DNA of 59,384 bases from a candidate division FCPU426 bacterium. Lineage in GTDB: Bacteria > Oederibacteriota > Muellerivitia > Muellerivitales > Muellerivitaceae. The notes under the pieces were generated by a model, which worked only from the letters and a program-made list of their open reading frames with translations, did not search any database and was not told where the DNA came from. Location of the stretch: the NCBI GenBank assembly GCA_023249615.1, contig JAHFCG010000002.1, positions 1 through 59,384 of the forward strand, written 5' to 3'. Below are positions 59,357 to 59,384 of this stretch, piece by piece. Made by a program: the position numbers and the translations under genes. The first letter of the stretch is position 1. Every line of letters begins with the position of its first letter.

Positions 59357-59384
59357 AGACGAAAGAACGGGTCGTCAAAGGAAA

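Overview
59.4 kb from a mid-GC (about 45% by eye) diderm bacterium. Every gene I accept lies on the + strand except one (49634..50140). All calls rest on reading the supplied translations and the DNA, with no database search. The centre (17.9-45.8 kb) is the conserved translation/transcription supercluster: rpoB-rpoC, rpsL-rpsG-fusA-tuf, a complete S10-spc-alpha block (rpsJ through rplQ, including secY-adk-map-infA and the 37-aa rpmJ missing from the ORF track). The left flank holds a 5'-truncated glmS, a porin-like OMP plus a secreted coiled-coil protein, yajC, an orphan HTH-REC response regulator, pabB-pabC-folD, coaE, two tandem GAF-GGDEF cyclases, rho, a LysM/M23 peptidase, rpmE and prfA-prmC. 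The right flank is accessory: a small secreted/membrane protein, cardiolipin synthase, an FG-GAP propeller with a T9SS-like C-terminal domain, and a reverse-strand protein made of two homing-endonuclease-associated repeats. It continues with a four-gene membrane operon built around two paralogous GT-C (ArnT/PMT-like) glycosyltransferases carrying a TPR-like C-terminal motif. This operon is my best candidate for an uncharacterised system. The window ends in a GC-richer terminal segment with a DUF1801-like gene, mazEF and a large secreted protein. I recognised no rRNA, tRNA, CRISPR array or transposase. Other observations are a sharp compositional jump in tuf, consensus promoters with structured leaders before the OMP gene and rpoB, a terminator-like hairpin 28 nt ahead of rpsL, a 10-bp-phased repeat array, and a 12-bp-arm palindromic operator on the mazEF promoter.
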